This document shows positions 32,531 to 45,890 of a stretch of 64,000 bases of DNA, piece after piece. The translations under genes were made by a program, and so were the position numbers. Every line of letters starts with the position of its first letter. Position 1 is the stretch's first letter. Where the stretch lies: NCBI RefSeq assembly GCF_009914755.1, contig NC_060941.1; one strand, written 5' to 3'. The stretch comes from the human T2T-CHM13v2.0 reference genome, Homo sapiens. Below the pieces are notes generated by a model. The model saw only the letters and a list, made by a program, of their open reading frames with translations, had not been told where the DNA came from and ran no database searches.

Positions 32531-32895
32531 TGTATTCCTTTGCAAACACTACCATGACAAAATACTGTAAACTGGGTGATTTCACCGGCAGAAATTTACT
32601 GTCTCACAGTTCTGGAGGCTAGAGTCCGAAAGCAAGATGTTGGCAGGATTGGTTCCTTCTCTCCTTGGCTGGTTGGCCATCTTCTATGTCTCTTCTCATT
32701 GTTTTCCCTCTATGCTCCAATTTTCTCTTTTTACAAAGACACCAGACATATCCAGTTCGTGCCCACCCTAATGACTACATTTTAACTTGATTATCTTTGT
32801 AAAGACCCTAGCTCCAAATAAAGCCCATTCTTAGGTACTGTGTTTTAGGACTTCAGCCTGTGAATTTGGTTGGGCACACACTTCAACTCATAACC
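32531..32895 (-). mobile_element. MLT1A-type LTR
   Basis: cagaaatttactgtctcacagttctggaggctagagtcc..gcccaccctaatgac..tttaacttgattatctttgtaaagaccct..cacttcaactcataac. Confidence 0.85.
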
Positions 32896-33389
32896 GTTCA
32901 TCCAGGTCATCATTCTGTAGGTGCCAGATTAACTCAGAATTTATGTTTGCAGATAGATTTAATATATTCTAACTCTGCACTTCTGATTTGAATTATTTGA
33001 AATACATTTTTCCATAAGCTTATGGTTAAAATTATGTTCTCCATTCTTCTAGGTCTGCTAAAGTGCCAGTGGATGTTTTTAAACATAATTCATAAATTAA
33101 CAGAGCATCATAGTTGAATAGCCATTGGAGACCATTTATTCATTCTACCCATTTTAACAGTGTATGCTTAATACAATAATGGTAAACAAAACAAATATGC
33201 TATCCCTGCAGTAGGGCTTATGGCTCTAAGGAGAATCAGCCCCTTGATCTCTTTGAGGACTTTTGATGGGTATATGGTCCCTTGGTCATTTAACCAGGAA
33301 TAATTAGGCAAACAGGATCTCTAGTCCTTGCTACAAATAGTTCACCTTCCAAAAGGCAGGATTCTTTCACCAATCCCATAGATGTGATG

Positions 33390-33775
33390 ACAACCTCCCT
33401 TCATCATTTCCTTGAAGGTCTTCAAGGAAAGGAAACATGATTGGAAAATATTTCTTGAAAATATCTTATTTACATCAAATATCCCTATAAATCTAACCCA
33501 TGGCCATGAATTTTGTTGTCCTCAGAGCCATGTACCCTAGCAATAAAAGTAAGTCTAATCTACTTTGCATATATTAACCTATCAAATATTTGAAGATGGC
33601 TTTATGTCTCTTCTGCTTTACCTTTTCTTTAAGCCATGGCTAGTTTTTAGTTCTGTTTTTTTTCTCCCCCACCATTCGCCATATGGTAGTTTCTGTTCCA
33701 ACCAGTCTCTTTTAGAACTATTTTAGTGGGTTTATATAGTGTGGGTTCCAGAAATGCGAAACATTAATCCAGAAA
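33390..33775 (-). mobile_element. L3/CR1 fragment
   Basis: aagtctaatc..tcaaatatttgaagatggctttatgtc matches the CR1/L3 3' ORF2 region. Confidence 0.6.
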
Positions 33776-35779
33776 AGCATTTCTTTGGAAAATAAATGGA
33801 ATTCTTACAAATACTAAATTTGTTAAATGTGATAAAGCATACAGTGTATTGATAAATAAATATTCCAGATTTAATTTATAAAAAATGTTGAGTGTTCCTT
33901 AGAAGGAAAGGCAGGAAGGAAGCCTTCCAGCAGGCTAAACTTAGTCCATATGACCTCTAAGGCCTCACAATATGTGAGTAGAGCTGATGCTATCTGCTGA
34001 TTGGCAGTGTCAGCACCTCCAGTACTTCATATTACGGATGGATAAACCTGATGCCTAAACAATTTAACCAGTGACAAAGCTACAATCAAAACTCAAGGCT
34101 GCTGAATTGGAATCGTTGTTTAATCCACAAAGAGATGAATTACGTTTAAATGCTGTATATTTTAACAAATCTACTTTGCCTTTATTTCAAAGGGCATGAT
34201 GACAAAACATGACATTTGATATTTGGACTTTTGAAACTTCATACCTTTTTCATAAGCCCACGAATTACCATTTTAATTTTCTTTTTGTCAGTAAATGATG
34301 CTTGAAACCAGTACCTTCATTGCATCTTGGTATTCACCCTGAGGTCATTCTTAAATATCAGAAATGAAAAATAAAGTAGGGCCTGGAGATGATTTGAGAG
34401 TTGAATTGTAAATATCTATTGGTGTTTACGTACATACATATATAAATGCATGAAAAGCTAAATAGTAAAGGTTTTGGGGGGATGTCAATGACTTCAATAT
34501 AAAAATTATCACATATATGCAATAACAGTGACTTTTTATAAAATATGTAAAAATAATGTAGTAATTAAACTTTTGATAATTCACCAATTTTTAAAAAAAT
34601 AATAAAACTTAATAGCGAGGGGAATACAAATTACAATCACCATGCAATTCTACTATACACACTCTAAAATGGTGAAAATAAAACCAAAAGAACAAACTAT
34701 TGAATTTTAGAATAAAATTATCTTGGGGAAGTGAAACAAAAATATGAATATAAGCAGCAAAAAGTTACATCATATTTCAAGATATAGAAAGGCTACTTCA
34801 TGTACTGCTTAAAGATGCTTATCAAATCACTTTGGAATTTATATTCTATACATTAAATTAAAAGAGTGGGGATAGACTGTTAATTAAAATACCAATATTT
34901 ACTAAAAATATATTCTATACTACTACTCAAACTTAAGATGACAAGTTGAACATGTGAACATGTCCACTTAAAATGTGAGAAAGGATTCGGTCTTGTAGAA
35001 TTACTTTAAATGATACCCAAGCAAATAATTTTAGTTGAGGCTAGAGTCCAGTTAAAAGCTGTAGCTAGGCAAAGTTTGTGAAACCTTTGTCCACTTTGAA
35101 ATGTTGGCATCCTTCTTTATCTTGCCCTCAATAGCAACTGTAACCCATCAGCTGCCTGTTTAAACCATGTGGGCAGATGCCCATGAATGCCGGAAGGGGC
35201 CTTCTTGGTATTTTATTGGCAATAACTCAAAGCTTATTAAAATCCAGATGGAAGGACCTGCAGCATATTTAAGTCCATATGCCCAAATGAGTACTGCAGT
35301 ATTTAATTGCTTGCATTTCAGTCATAATTCCTTTCCCTTGTCTTACTTTTTCTCCAAAGTGCTTATATAGTCTTTCAGTTGATGTCCCCCTGAATTATCT
35401 TTAAAACCTGTTCTAATGCTCATTTGTAAAGCACTTAGGTTAAATTCTATGTATGATGTTTTACTATTTTTTTATTGGTGTTAAATGAACATTGAGCCAT
35501 GAAGAGGCAATTGGGTGAGTCATTTGTGACTCTTTCTATTGTAGCTCTATTAAATTAAAAATGTCTGGTTTTTAATCCAATAATATTTTCCTGAACACAT
35601 TAAGGCTATTACGTACACATGGCATGCCATCTCTGCAGTTTGGAGAATTAGTAAGAGAGTCCTACTCTTGCAAATATTGTGTCCATTAACTGACACCTAG
35701 AACATACCTCATGTTACTCAAGTCAATAATGCTATTTATGGTTTTAATAGCATGAAATCAAAATAATGATAAATGAAAA

Positions 35780-36130
35780 CAAATCAGCTGTCCCAATGGC
35801 CAGGAACTGGAACCTCATAATTCTATACATAGCCATTGGCCTTATTGTCCTCATCTGTTGCCCACATACTCAATCACAAGTCTAAGTCTTACTTCCTCTC
35901 CTAAATCTTTATAAGAGACCAGGGGCTCCCTTCTATGAATTCTGATTACATTCAAAAAGTCTTAGCACTCGCTTTACACTTATCTTGTACTGTTCTGAAA
36001 TGTTAATTGCTGCTTCCTGACTTTCTTTTATCTCCCAAATGTATAAGTTTCTGGAGACCAAGGACTGTGTCCTATTTTTCTGCAGCCATACAGCGCCTCT
36101 GTGTTGTATGCCTTACAGACATTCCACAAA
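35780..36130 (+). mobile_element. L2 fragments
   Basis: aatgtataagtttctggagaccaaggactgtgtcctattttt and upstream caatcacaagtctaagtc. Confidence 0.5.
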
Positions 36131-37394
36131 GGTGCTATCTTGGGTGTGTTTCCAGGGTTTGTTTCCATGAGTTCAGAATATGTGGCAACATAATTGTCCA
36201 CTTACCACTCTGCAACCCTCATCTGATGCCATGTTTTTAGAGAGCAGAGTCTGTATATGTGCATGTGTGTGTTTGCAAGTTTGCTTTTCATAATTATATT
36301 GCTAGTACTTAGTCCCAGAGTTATAAATGTGGACCGTACTTGTCTTTCAGATATTTACTGAGTGAAAGAACAAAGGCAGCCATAGGACTTTTGTAGATTT
36401 CCTGTTTCACCCTTGACAAATTACCGAACCTCCTTGAATACAGCTCCTTGGCTAACTCTCTTCACTATGACCGTTTGGGGAGTTTAGTTAGTAGGTAGAA
36501 TATTTCTCAAAACAATAGAGAATCAAAACAATCTCTTCTGAGTTCAATTTTAAAACTGTGATTCCATTCATTGTCAATTCTGACATGGCATTAATTAAAG
36601 ATATGTCTTAAGGAAACTTCAAAGTGTTAAGTGACTCACAAGAATGTGGTAGTAAGAATATTCTCATTTAAAATATAGTTAAAAAGATAAAATGACCTAA
36701 ATGTCATGTTTACAAAACTGCTGGCAAACAGAAATATAATTTGTCTAGAATAGACATTTAGAATAGACAGAGAGTTAAAAAGTCCTTTCACTAAAGTCTT
36801 ACATTTTTAAACCCACGGAAAATTAAAGTAAGCAGTTAAGAAAAACAAAAAAACGGGAGAAGAGAATTCTAGACACACATCTACTGCCCGCAGTTGGAAA
36901 TTATAATTAACTGCAGTTGAGCTTGTAGACAGGCAAGTTATACTCTACGTGTGATAGAATTTGAGAGGCATATCAGTTCTGTCTATATGGTCCTTGCCTG
37001 TGGGATCATTAGAGATTGATTAGAGTACATGTCATTGATGTACCTGGGAAATGGGATTGCATAATAGTTTAGTTTGTGTTCCTCAATTTCATCTGAATTA
37101 TAACCAGGTTACTATGGAGGCAACCTATGTGTTGTCTGTATTCCTAGATAACTGGATCCTCCCTCTTGTGTCCTGAACAGCATGCTTTATAGAACCTATA
37201 ACATGATGTTACTCTCAGTGATTACATTTTCACATTCCCTTTGAGGAAAAGGATCTTGAAAAATTTATCTCTGCATCCCCAGAGACTAGCACAGTGACAG
37301 ATTTTTAACAGTGTTTTTACTATGTAACATAACACTGACACAGAAAAACACACAAAACAACTGTTTAGCCTAGGGAATTGGTAAGACAAACTTT

Positions 37395-38240
37395 ATCTTT
37401 CTTTTTTACTTAAATTTTAGTTGCTGAAGAAACCAGATCTCTGATCTGTACAGTTCTCCATAGCCCTGATTTGGATGATGGTATTTCCATGGTGAAATTT
37501 AATATGTCCCTTTTTATTTCCTAAATATTGGTGGTTGGGTTGGGTGCATAGACTTGATAAGATTCTGGTTTGATGATTTTGGCAAGACTACTTTATTGAT
37601 GATGTGATTATACAAGACAGGAAACTCATTTCTTGTTCTCTCTTTATAAGACTTTGTAGAGAGATAAAGTGAAGTCTCTGAGGGTTTTAAAGTTGAAAGC
37701 ATTTTGTTTGATACTTTGAAGATTCAGCCTTGGTCAAGGCTAAAAAAATAACTGTTGTGTTTTTTCTAGTGTGGGGCTATTAGAAATAGTAATGCTACGA
37801 ATATCCTTGTAGACATCTTTCAGTGAACATATGCTTGATTTGTGTTGTTGTATACCTAGGGATGAAATTACCAGGTCCGATAGGGTCCTTATGTTTAGTT
37901 TTAATAGGTACTGCCATGAAGTTTTTCAATGGGGTTGTACCAACTTACTTGCCCAAAAGTAGGGTATGTACTTCTACCAGTTGTTCTACATGCCAGTCAA
38001 TATTTGGTATTGAGAATAAGTTTTAAAGTTTAGACATACTGGTGGGTACATAATGGTATCTCAATTACGAATTTGACTTACATATCCCTCATGACTAATA
38101 AAGTTAAACTCATCTTCCTATGTGTATTCATCATTTAATATCTTCTTTAGTGAAGTACCTTTTCCCTTGGGTTTTTTGTCTTTTCTTTATTAATTTCTAA
38201 GACTATTTTTAAAATAAATGCAAATCATTTCATCCTTTGT
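37395..38240 (-). mobile_element. L1MC/L1ME 3' fragments
   Basis: gttgctgaagaaaccag..ttttggcaagactactt and gggctattagaaatagtaatgctacgaatatccttgtagacatctt..ggtatctcaatt. Confidence 0.7.
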
Positions 38241-39054
38241 TTCCCAACCTAAGTTTTTCCAGGTATATTGTCTGAAGCTCAAGGGAGATTATGAAATAAA
38301 GTTTGATGGCAGAATAGAGATGTACAATATAATGCATCCGCATAAAGGCTTCCAAAATTTCAGTATAAACTCTCGTTCATTTTAAAGTGCATCAGGATAT
38401 ATAAAAGCCCAAATATGAGATAAAGTTCATAACTCATAGGTCAATATCCTACTAAATGAAGTTACACTAAAAATTATCTTATTGTGCCCAGCCGCGGCCA
38501 GAAGGTTTTACTTCAATGGGAATATAACTTATTTTGATAGGGAATTTTATTTCTCTGTTGCCGCATAGCATCTCCTCCCAAGGAATGGGTACAGATCTTT
38601 CAGTGTTTCAGACACTGACTCAACGCTGTCTGAGTTAATAGGAAATAAGTTACACAGACTTGACTGCAACCTTATGTAATCTAGAAAACAAGCTAATCTC
38701 TAAGCCCTAGAGCAGAAAGTGCAATGATATTACAAAGTGTTAGTATTTCACCTACACTCCTATAGTCAAATGCCATAACGGAGACCAGTATGAGTTACAC
38801 GGAAAAATATATTCATTTCAGTTTCTTTGGGATGTACCAAGTTACTGTCGGACTATGTCAATTGTCTCATTTTCATGAGTTGGAATTAAACCTCCTGGAA
38901 GAAATCTCTTATGCTTCTGTTAATTATGTCACTACATACAGTTTGTGTGTGGGAAAGGGTTGATAAAATTACTCTATGCATATTGTTTCCTTGATTAAAG
39001 GAGCAATTATATAAAATAATATAGCTAGAATTTGATAGTTTAATAGGTGGCAGA

Positions 39055-39137
39055 CACTAAGGTGCCTTGTATGTGTTTAATAAGGAAGGCAGTGTCACTA
39101 AGGTGCCTTGTATGACCTTATAAGGAAGGCAGTGTCA
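39055..39137 (+). repeat. tandem duplication, about 41-bp unit x2
   Basis: cactaaggtgccttgtatg....ataaggaaggcagtgt occurs twice, within a MIR-like segment. Confidence 0.9.
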
Positions 39138-39243
39138 TTATCAACCCCATTTATTAATATGAAAATGATAGACTGGTTAAGATAACAAATTTACAAAGAT
39201 GATTGGCAATTTTGGCTGCTGCAGGCAACAGGTTTTAACTGAA

Positions 39244-39605
39244 TGTATTACTCCATTTTCACGCTGCTGATAAAGACATACCTGAGACTGGGCAGTTTAC
39301 AAAAGAAAGACATTTAATGGACTTACAGTTCCACGTGGCTGGGGAGGCCTCACAATCATGGCAGAAGGTGTAAGCCACGTCTCACTTGGTGGCAGACAAC
39401 AGAAGAGTGAGAGCCAAGTGAAAGGGGTTTCCCCTGATAAAACCATCAGATCTCATGAGACTTATTCATTACCACAAGAACAGTATGGGGGAAACGGCCC
39501 CCATGATTTAATCATCTCCCACTGAGTCCCTCCCACAGAATGAGGGAATTATGGGAGCAACAATTCAAGATGAGTCTTGGGTGGGGACACAGACAAACCT
39601 TATCA
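39244..39605 (-). mobile_element. THE1B-like solo LTR
   Basis: tgtatta..gctgctgataaagacatacctgagactggg..gtggggacacagacaaaccttatca. Confidence 0.9.
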
Positions 39606-40008
39606 CAGAGGTTCCCTTTTTTGTGAAACTAAGCCATCTTTCTGGTACCTTGGTGCAGCACTTTTCCCCTATGAGGAGGCTGTTTTATACCTGTGCCACA
39701 AGATCTGATGTTCCATGTTTTTCTATGTATACTAGAACTAAAAAATCATACCTAAAAGCAAAGGTTTTCTTTCATCTCCACAGTCAGCTTGGCTAGAGAA
39801 AATAACTCCCATGAATTCCCAAAGGCAGGCAGCTGGGGCTGTATCTGCAGCTTTCATGCCTAGAGTCTGTTGAAGACCAATATTTCTGGCATGTGCATTA
39901 TAAAACATTCACTGTCTTCACTTTTTGAATATTCAAAGCTGTAAAAGCATTTCTTCCTGCTATGTCTTTTGTTTGTGGCGGTGGTTTATATTCTTCTCTA
40001 TTTGGTGC

Positions 40009-40834
40009 TGATATGGTTTGGCTATGTCCCCACCCAAATATAATCTTAAATTGTAGTTCCTTTAATCCCCATGTGTCATGGGAGGGACCTGGTGGGAGGC
40101 AATTGAATCATAGGGTGGTTTCTTGCATGCTACTCTCATGATAGTGAGACATGGAGTCAAAGGAGATCATTTTGAAGCTTTGACTGGACTAGGAACTTGC
40201 ATGGCGCCTGTAGCCCCGTCATTTTAGCCAATTTCTCCCATTTGGAATAGGTTTATTGATCAAATGCCTGTACCTCCATTGTATCTAGGAAATAACTAAC
40301 TTGCTTTTCATTTTACAGGCTTATAGGCAGGGGCACTTGCCTCGTCTCAGATGAGACTTTGGACTTGGACTTTTGAGTTAATGCTGGAATGAATTGAGAC
40401 TTTGGGGGACTGTTGGGAAGACATGATTGTGTTTTGAAATGTGAGAACGAGATTTTAGAGGAACCAGGGGCACAATAACATGGTTTGGCTGTGTCCCCAC
40501 CCAAATCTCATCTTGAATTGTAGTTCCCATAATTTCCAACTTTCATGGGAGGGAGGTAATTGAATCATGGGGGTGGTTTCTTCCATGCTATTCTCATGAT
40601 AGTAAGTTCTTGTAAGATCTGATGGTTTTATAAGGGGTTTCCCCCTTTGCTTGGTTCTCATTTTTCTCTCTTCTGCCACCATGTGAAGAAGGGCATGTTG
40701 CTTCCATTTCCGCCATGATTGTAAGTTTCCTGCGGCCCAGGAATGTGGAACTGTGAGTCAATTAAACCTCTTTCTTTTATAAATTACCCAGTCTTGGGTA
40801 TTTCCTTATAGTGACATGAGAACAGACTAATACA
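40009..40834 (+). mobile_element. THE1C/D provirus with large deletion (partial 5' LTR, internal 3' end, complete 3' LTR)
   Basis: 5' LTR 40009 to about 40148; THE1-int gagacatggagtcaaaggagatcatttt.. to about 40475; 3' LTR ending gactaataca. Perfect TSD ggtgc. Confidence 0.92.
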
Positions 40835-40860
40835 GGTGCTGAACTTAGCCTGCTGGATTC

Positions 40861-41006
40861 CTTCTCCTAAATTCATCCTTTCTCCCTTGAGGAGCTCTTA
40901 GTAAGAAGTAAAGAGTGGTCATGTGGAGTCTAGCATGTTAGGTTCTTCTCCTAAACTCATTCTTTCTCCCTTGAGGAGCTCTTAGTTAAGAAGTAAAGAA
41001 TGGTCA
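40861..41006 (+). repeat. direct repeat, about 61 bp x2 with a 23-bp spacer
   Basis: cttctcctaaa.tcat.ctttctcccttgaggagctcttagt(t)aagaagtaaaga.tggtca at 40861 and 40945. Confidence 0.9.
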
Positions 41007-41051
41007 AGAGATTTAAGACACAAATATTTCTTGTAATATATATTAATATAT

Positions 41052-41098
<47 letters not shown>

Positions 41099-41101
41099 AC
41101 A
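41052..41101 (+). repeat. (CA)n microsatellite
   Basis: Direct reading of the sequence. Confidence 0.95.
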
Positions 41102-41339
41102 GAGAGATGGGTTAAGGTGCCCAATCCCAAATGCCAAAAAGAAACGAGGTGGGTAGTGGAAGGGTGATGTTTACTTGAAGTTTTGTTTGTTGTTTAATAG
41201 AAAATGATAATGCATAAAAGTAGGTGGGAATGAGTCAGTTGGCACAGAGGTATTGGTCATACATCTGAGAAAAGGGAAACCTAGTAAGGTAAGGTTGCTA
41301 GAAAGGTGAGGAGTGAACAGGTTACCAGGTGTATGTGAA

Positions 41340-41620
41340 GCCAGCCCTTCCATTTGTCAGAAGAGAAGGGGCTGGGGATGGCATAAGACAGTTATGCATG
41401 TATGTGAATTCATATGGTGGATGGAGGGGTGATGAGAGGTTTTCCGTGTTACGGGTTCTGCTTTGTCCATGAGGTAGGAGATAAGATCATCCAGCCAAGG
41501 TTGAGGAATTGGGAGGCAGTGATGACAAATTTGAGAGGCATTAAAAAGTTTTAGAAATACTATTTCAATTCAAAAGAGAGTGAGTTAACCAGAGAAATCT
41601 AAGTGGGACTTATCATGAAA
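41340..41620 (-). mobile_element. L2 fragment
   Basis: ttctgctttgtccatgaggtaggagataagatcatccagc..gagagtgagttaaccagagaaat. Confidence 0.5.
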
Positions 41621-43854
41621 ATCATTATAGAATTGTAGGCTCTATTAACAGCATGTGAAATGTTACATAGCTTGCACCCAGTATTTGTTTGAGTTTTAAT
41701 TAACTTTATTATATTGCTAGTTTTTAGTGTGTTATCTATCAGTTCTCTGTATTTCAATGCTCTCTCATTTTTCTCTGATAGCAGATGCTTGAAGATCTAT
41801 TAGGAGATCATTTCTGAATATCAAATTCTGTGTCAATAGAACTAATCATCTTTAAAAAAAGCAACCATACTCAGTGATATAAACCAGTGTGGCTGTAGTC
41901 ATCTGTCTAAACCAGGAGAAATAATTCTTTTTTTCTTGCTTAGAATCTTTTTTGTTCTTCTTTCTCCCTTAAAGTCAATTGCAGTTGAAAAAAACCCTGC
42001 CCTTTACAGCTGGGATCTGATTCATAACCCCAGGTTTTCCCATTTTGTTCTAACTGGAGGGTCCATATCTGTTTCTGTTATACCTAAATGGTGGTTATTA
42101 CTCAGCTCCTGGGAGAAAGCCTCAGCTAAGTTATGAAAAATAATTTTTGAAGAGTGACACAGAGAAACAGCCAGGAGGAAAAGGGAGTCTACTTTTCTGC
42201 TGCTTGCCTTAGGCCCCTGAGCGGTGGGCCCAATGTACCAAGAGTTAGAAGTACCCACAATCTTCCAGCCCCGAAGGAAATGTCCCCATTTACATCTGCA
42301 AAAGATATAACAAGGGTGTGTTCAAAGCTGTCACTCTGAGCTGTGCTTCCTAGGAGTTCAGGCTGCTCCCCTTTCCAGGGGAAGTTGAGGAGAGGACGGG
42401 GATGAAGTGGGGGAGGGAAGCAAAATTCTGTCATGTCCGTCAACAGGTGAAGCCTAAAAATTTCACTGGAAAAAGTTGTGGAAGAATTAACAGCTGCAGG
42501 CCTGTTTGGAGAAAGTCAGCAGAGTAGTTTCCATCTGGCATTTGTTTCATCTGCAGAAGAATTTTTTTTTCCTTTTTAAATAGGGCTTGAGCTGAAAGCC
42601 CACTTCATTTAGATGTTAAGTCCTAGGATACCAAGGACTTTGCAAACTGCCAGGATACCCTTCTCATTCCCTTCCTTGTACACCTCCCACCAGCCGGTCA
42701 TCCTGGAGCTCAGTGGAAAAAAATAAGATCCAGGGATTAAAATAATTCTACTGCAAGGTGAGAACCTTCAGGCCACCTGCGCCCTCTTAGTCTCGAGCAG
42801 CATCAGCCACAGATGAATGGGCTGGATGAAAGAGGCACAGAGGTTTGCTTTCGTAGTCAACATATAATGCTGTGTACACAGATATTCAACAAGCTTCTGT
42901 GTATCTGGAATAAATAAATTTTAAAAAGAAACAACTAACAGCTTATTCAAGCATGCAGCTGAATACTGCATGGCCTCTTTAAGAAAGGGTGTTGTATAAA
43001 AGTAACCTGGTTTCAAGCTCCAATACATAAAACAAAATTGAAATGATGCAGTGAAGGTAATGATCATACAGTAAAATAGCCATCAGAAGAGCGAGAATGT
43101 AGGTTAAAGAATTTCAGAATACCTAAAAACCCTACTCCATAATTTTCAGAATCAATGGAAAACCAAAGAAAAAAAAAAAATCAAAGCAAAACAAAACACC
43201 TCATTTGCTTAGATAAAATAGAATGTACATATCTGATATTTCCAGAAGCAAACTATTCTTACGGTTATCTTCCAGCGACTTAATTTTCCTTTTTTCATTT
43301 AGTATATAAGATTAGCTCAATGATAAACTCTTTGTTGGATTATTGGTGAGCCGCAGATTATCTTATTATTGATAAAAATATAGGGCAAGAAGGTGAAATA
43401 GGCAGATGACAGACAACCAAAGGGTAAGTTTACTCAAAAGTAAAACTCCATACAGGTACCAGATGGTGATATATATTGACTTATTTAGAAAGAATCTTCT
43501 AAGTCAATATTTCTTCTTCAGAAAGAAAGGTTGATTACAATCGCTCTAAACAGGATTATCTACCCTAGGGAGATTAGAAATGAACTTTCTGCTTTCATTC
43601 TCTGCCAGTAATATATTTATACCTTAAACAGGTCAAACTTCAAGTCATCTCAATTAGGATCAGCAAGTAAAGCTGCCACATAGCTTTAATCAGTGGGAAC
43701 AAAATAAACTTACAGGCTGCTTCTTCTTCGAAGGTTTGTCTTTCTTGTTTGGCTAGGATGATGACACTGGGTCAGTGAAAGAAGGAGCCAGAGAGAGGAA
43801 GAAAAATGAATGGCTCATAATTCTTTTATTCAGTCCTTAAGGATCTACAGTGGG

Positions 43855-43956
43855 TTTATCAAATAATGATAAATATCAGATAGAAATTTATTTTTTAGAA
43901 TTCTCATTTATCGAATAATGGTGAATATCAGATAGAATTTTATTTTTCAGAATTCC
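43855..43956 (+). repeat. tandem duplication, 52-bp unit x2
   Basis: tttatc.aataatg.t.aatatcagatagaa.tttattttt.agaattc occurs twice. Confidence 0.9.
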
Positions 43957-44149
43957 TCTTGTGAAGAATATTATTGTTATATTTTTATAGAAAAAGTGTT
44001 TTGATAAGTTATCTAGAGTTGTGACTAAGACTGCAATTGTACGTTAAAGTAAAAAAAAAAAAAAAAAAAAGTAGCTGAGAAATCTTCAAAGGAGAGTAAT
44101 GGTGCTTCCTTTTCCTGTGTGGCCATCCTATTTTATGGTGAAGACAAAC

Positions 44150-44285
44150 GTTGCAGTATATGGAAAACACTTGGGGATTTCTTAAAATGCACATTCTGAT
44201 TGAGTATAGCTGTAGTAGGCCTGAGTCTACATTTCAAAAAAGCTCCTAGGTGATGCTGATGCTGCTAGTCCAAGGACCACACTGA
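44150..44285. mobile_element. MER5A (hAT-Charlie MITE)
   Basis: aagctcctaggtgatgctgatgctgctagtccaaggaccacact. Confidence 0.8.
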
Positions 44286-45209
44286 TTGTCTACTTTATAG
44301 AATGCATTGATTCCATTTTCTTTGCATGTTTTGGGTGTAGGCATTGTAAGGGAACAAGTTACGTGTAATAAAGGACCTATCTAGAAAAGACAGGTGTCAA
44401 AGAATCTGGGTAATGCCTACCATAGTAGAATTATTAAGGAAGCTCAATGGGCAATATAGCTAAGAATGTTTAAGTTGGTGCTTTGGGGTATACAATGGCA
44501 AACCCTTCTCTATGCTCATACAATATATTCAATGAAGAGTTCTCAGCAAAACCAATAGGTTCTCAGTTTTCCATCCAGGTAGGCCTAGGAGAAACCGAAG
44601 ATACAAGAGTAAGAAGATATGGAGCCAAATGGCATCTGAATGGCAAAAACAAAATAATAGCCAACATTTATTGGACATCTATCTGTGTTAGTCCAAGTGC
44701 TTTGCATTTTTGACTATTATTATTGCCATTTAACATGCAAGAAAACCTAGGACGTGGAGAGGTTAAATCTGCACCCAGGCTCTCTAACGCTTAACTACAA
44801 AGTCCAAAGACTACTATATTCAGTCACTCAAGAGTTGAAATGTATTTTCAGCTTGAAAATGATTTTCCCTCATTTTCAGCTTAAATGAGGCAAACTCAAT
44901 CTTCTTCTCCCCTTGCTCTCTCCTTTTCTCTGTCCCTTCTCCTTGCTCTTTGTCTCTCTGTACCCTCTGCCCCAATAATTTCAGAGACAAGTACTCCTGA
45001 AGAATTCCTGAGAGCTACATTTTAGTTCATATTCTCTCACCTTATATAACATTTTGATTTTCTTTCCCTGTTTACAGTCACACCTTCAAACTGTACTAAC
45101 ACATCTTCATTCTGTTAGGTTAACTCGTGCTTTTGTGAGTCACAGGCTCTTAAGGTGAAATAAATGAAAGAAATCACAAAGGAATTATTACAAGTTTTAT
45201 AGATACATT

Positions 45210-45640
45210 TTCCCTTTAAAAATTATATTTACTACCCGACTTAAAACATAGAATATTACCAAGCGTGTTGAAGCCCCCAAGTATTCTTCTCCAAAAGGTA
45301 ACTACTACCCTAAATTTTGTATTCATGAGCCCCTCACTTTCCTTAATACCTTGAAAATAAATGAATGTGTTCCTAAAACAGATATTTTGCACATTTTGAA
45401 CACTGCATAAATGACAACATTTAAAATGTTTTCTCCTGAAGTGTTTTTTCCCCCCAATCAACCTTATGTTTGTAAGATGCATTGATGTAGGTTTATATAG
45501 GTGGAGACCATTCGTTTTTTCACCACTGAACTACAAGGCATGGTTATGAATTATGAATATAACACAGTTGATTAGTCCCGTTGTTCACATGACATGTGGC
45601 TTAGTTCCAGGTTGTTTTGCTTTTGTTATTACAAATGTTT
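45210..45640 (-). mobile_element. L1ME 3' fragment
   Basis: aggtaactactaccctaaattttgtattcat..ccttatgtttgtaagatgcattgatgt..ttccaggttgttttgcttttgttattacaaat. Confidence 0.6.
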
Positions 45641-45713
45641 TTCTTAAATCCGTGAGTTCCACAATCTATTTTCTCTCTGCCTGCTGTTTTATATTCTCTT
45701 CCCTTCACTATTT

Positions 45714-45890
45714 CAGTAGCTCTCTTCCTTGGCTGCCTGTTGGAATACCTGGGGAAATTTTAGAACCCCTGATGCCCGTATTGCATGCTAGACCAAATAT
45801 ATAAGACTCTCTGAAGCTGGGACTCAGGTATTAATATTATATAAGGTTCTGTAGGTGCTGCCAAAATGCAGATAAGGTTTCATAACATTG
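45714..45890. mobile_element. MER5-family MITE
   Basis: cagtagctctcttccttggctgcctgttggaatacctggggaaatttt..aaggtttcataacattg. Confidence 0.65.

Noticed and set aside
39335-39347. PRDM9 hotspot motif in THE1B
   Set aside because: The minus strand reads CCTCCCCAGCCAC, lacking the T at position 7 of CCNCCNTNNCCNC. It is one mismatch from the motif and close to the ordinary THE1 sequence.
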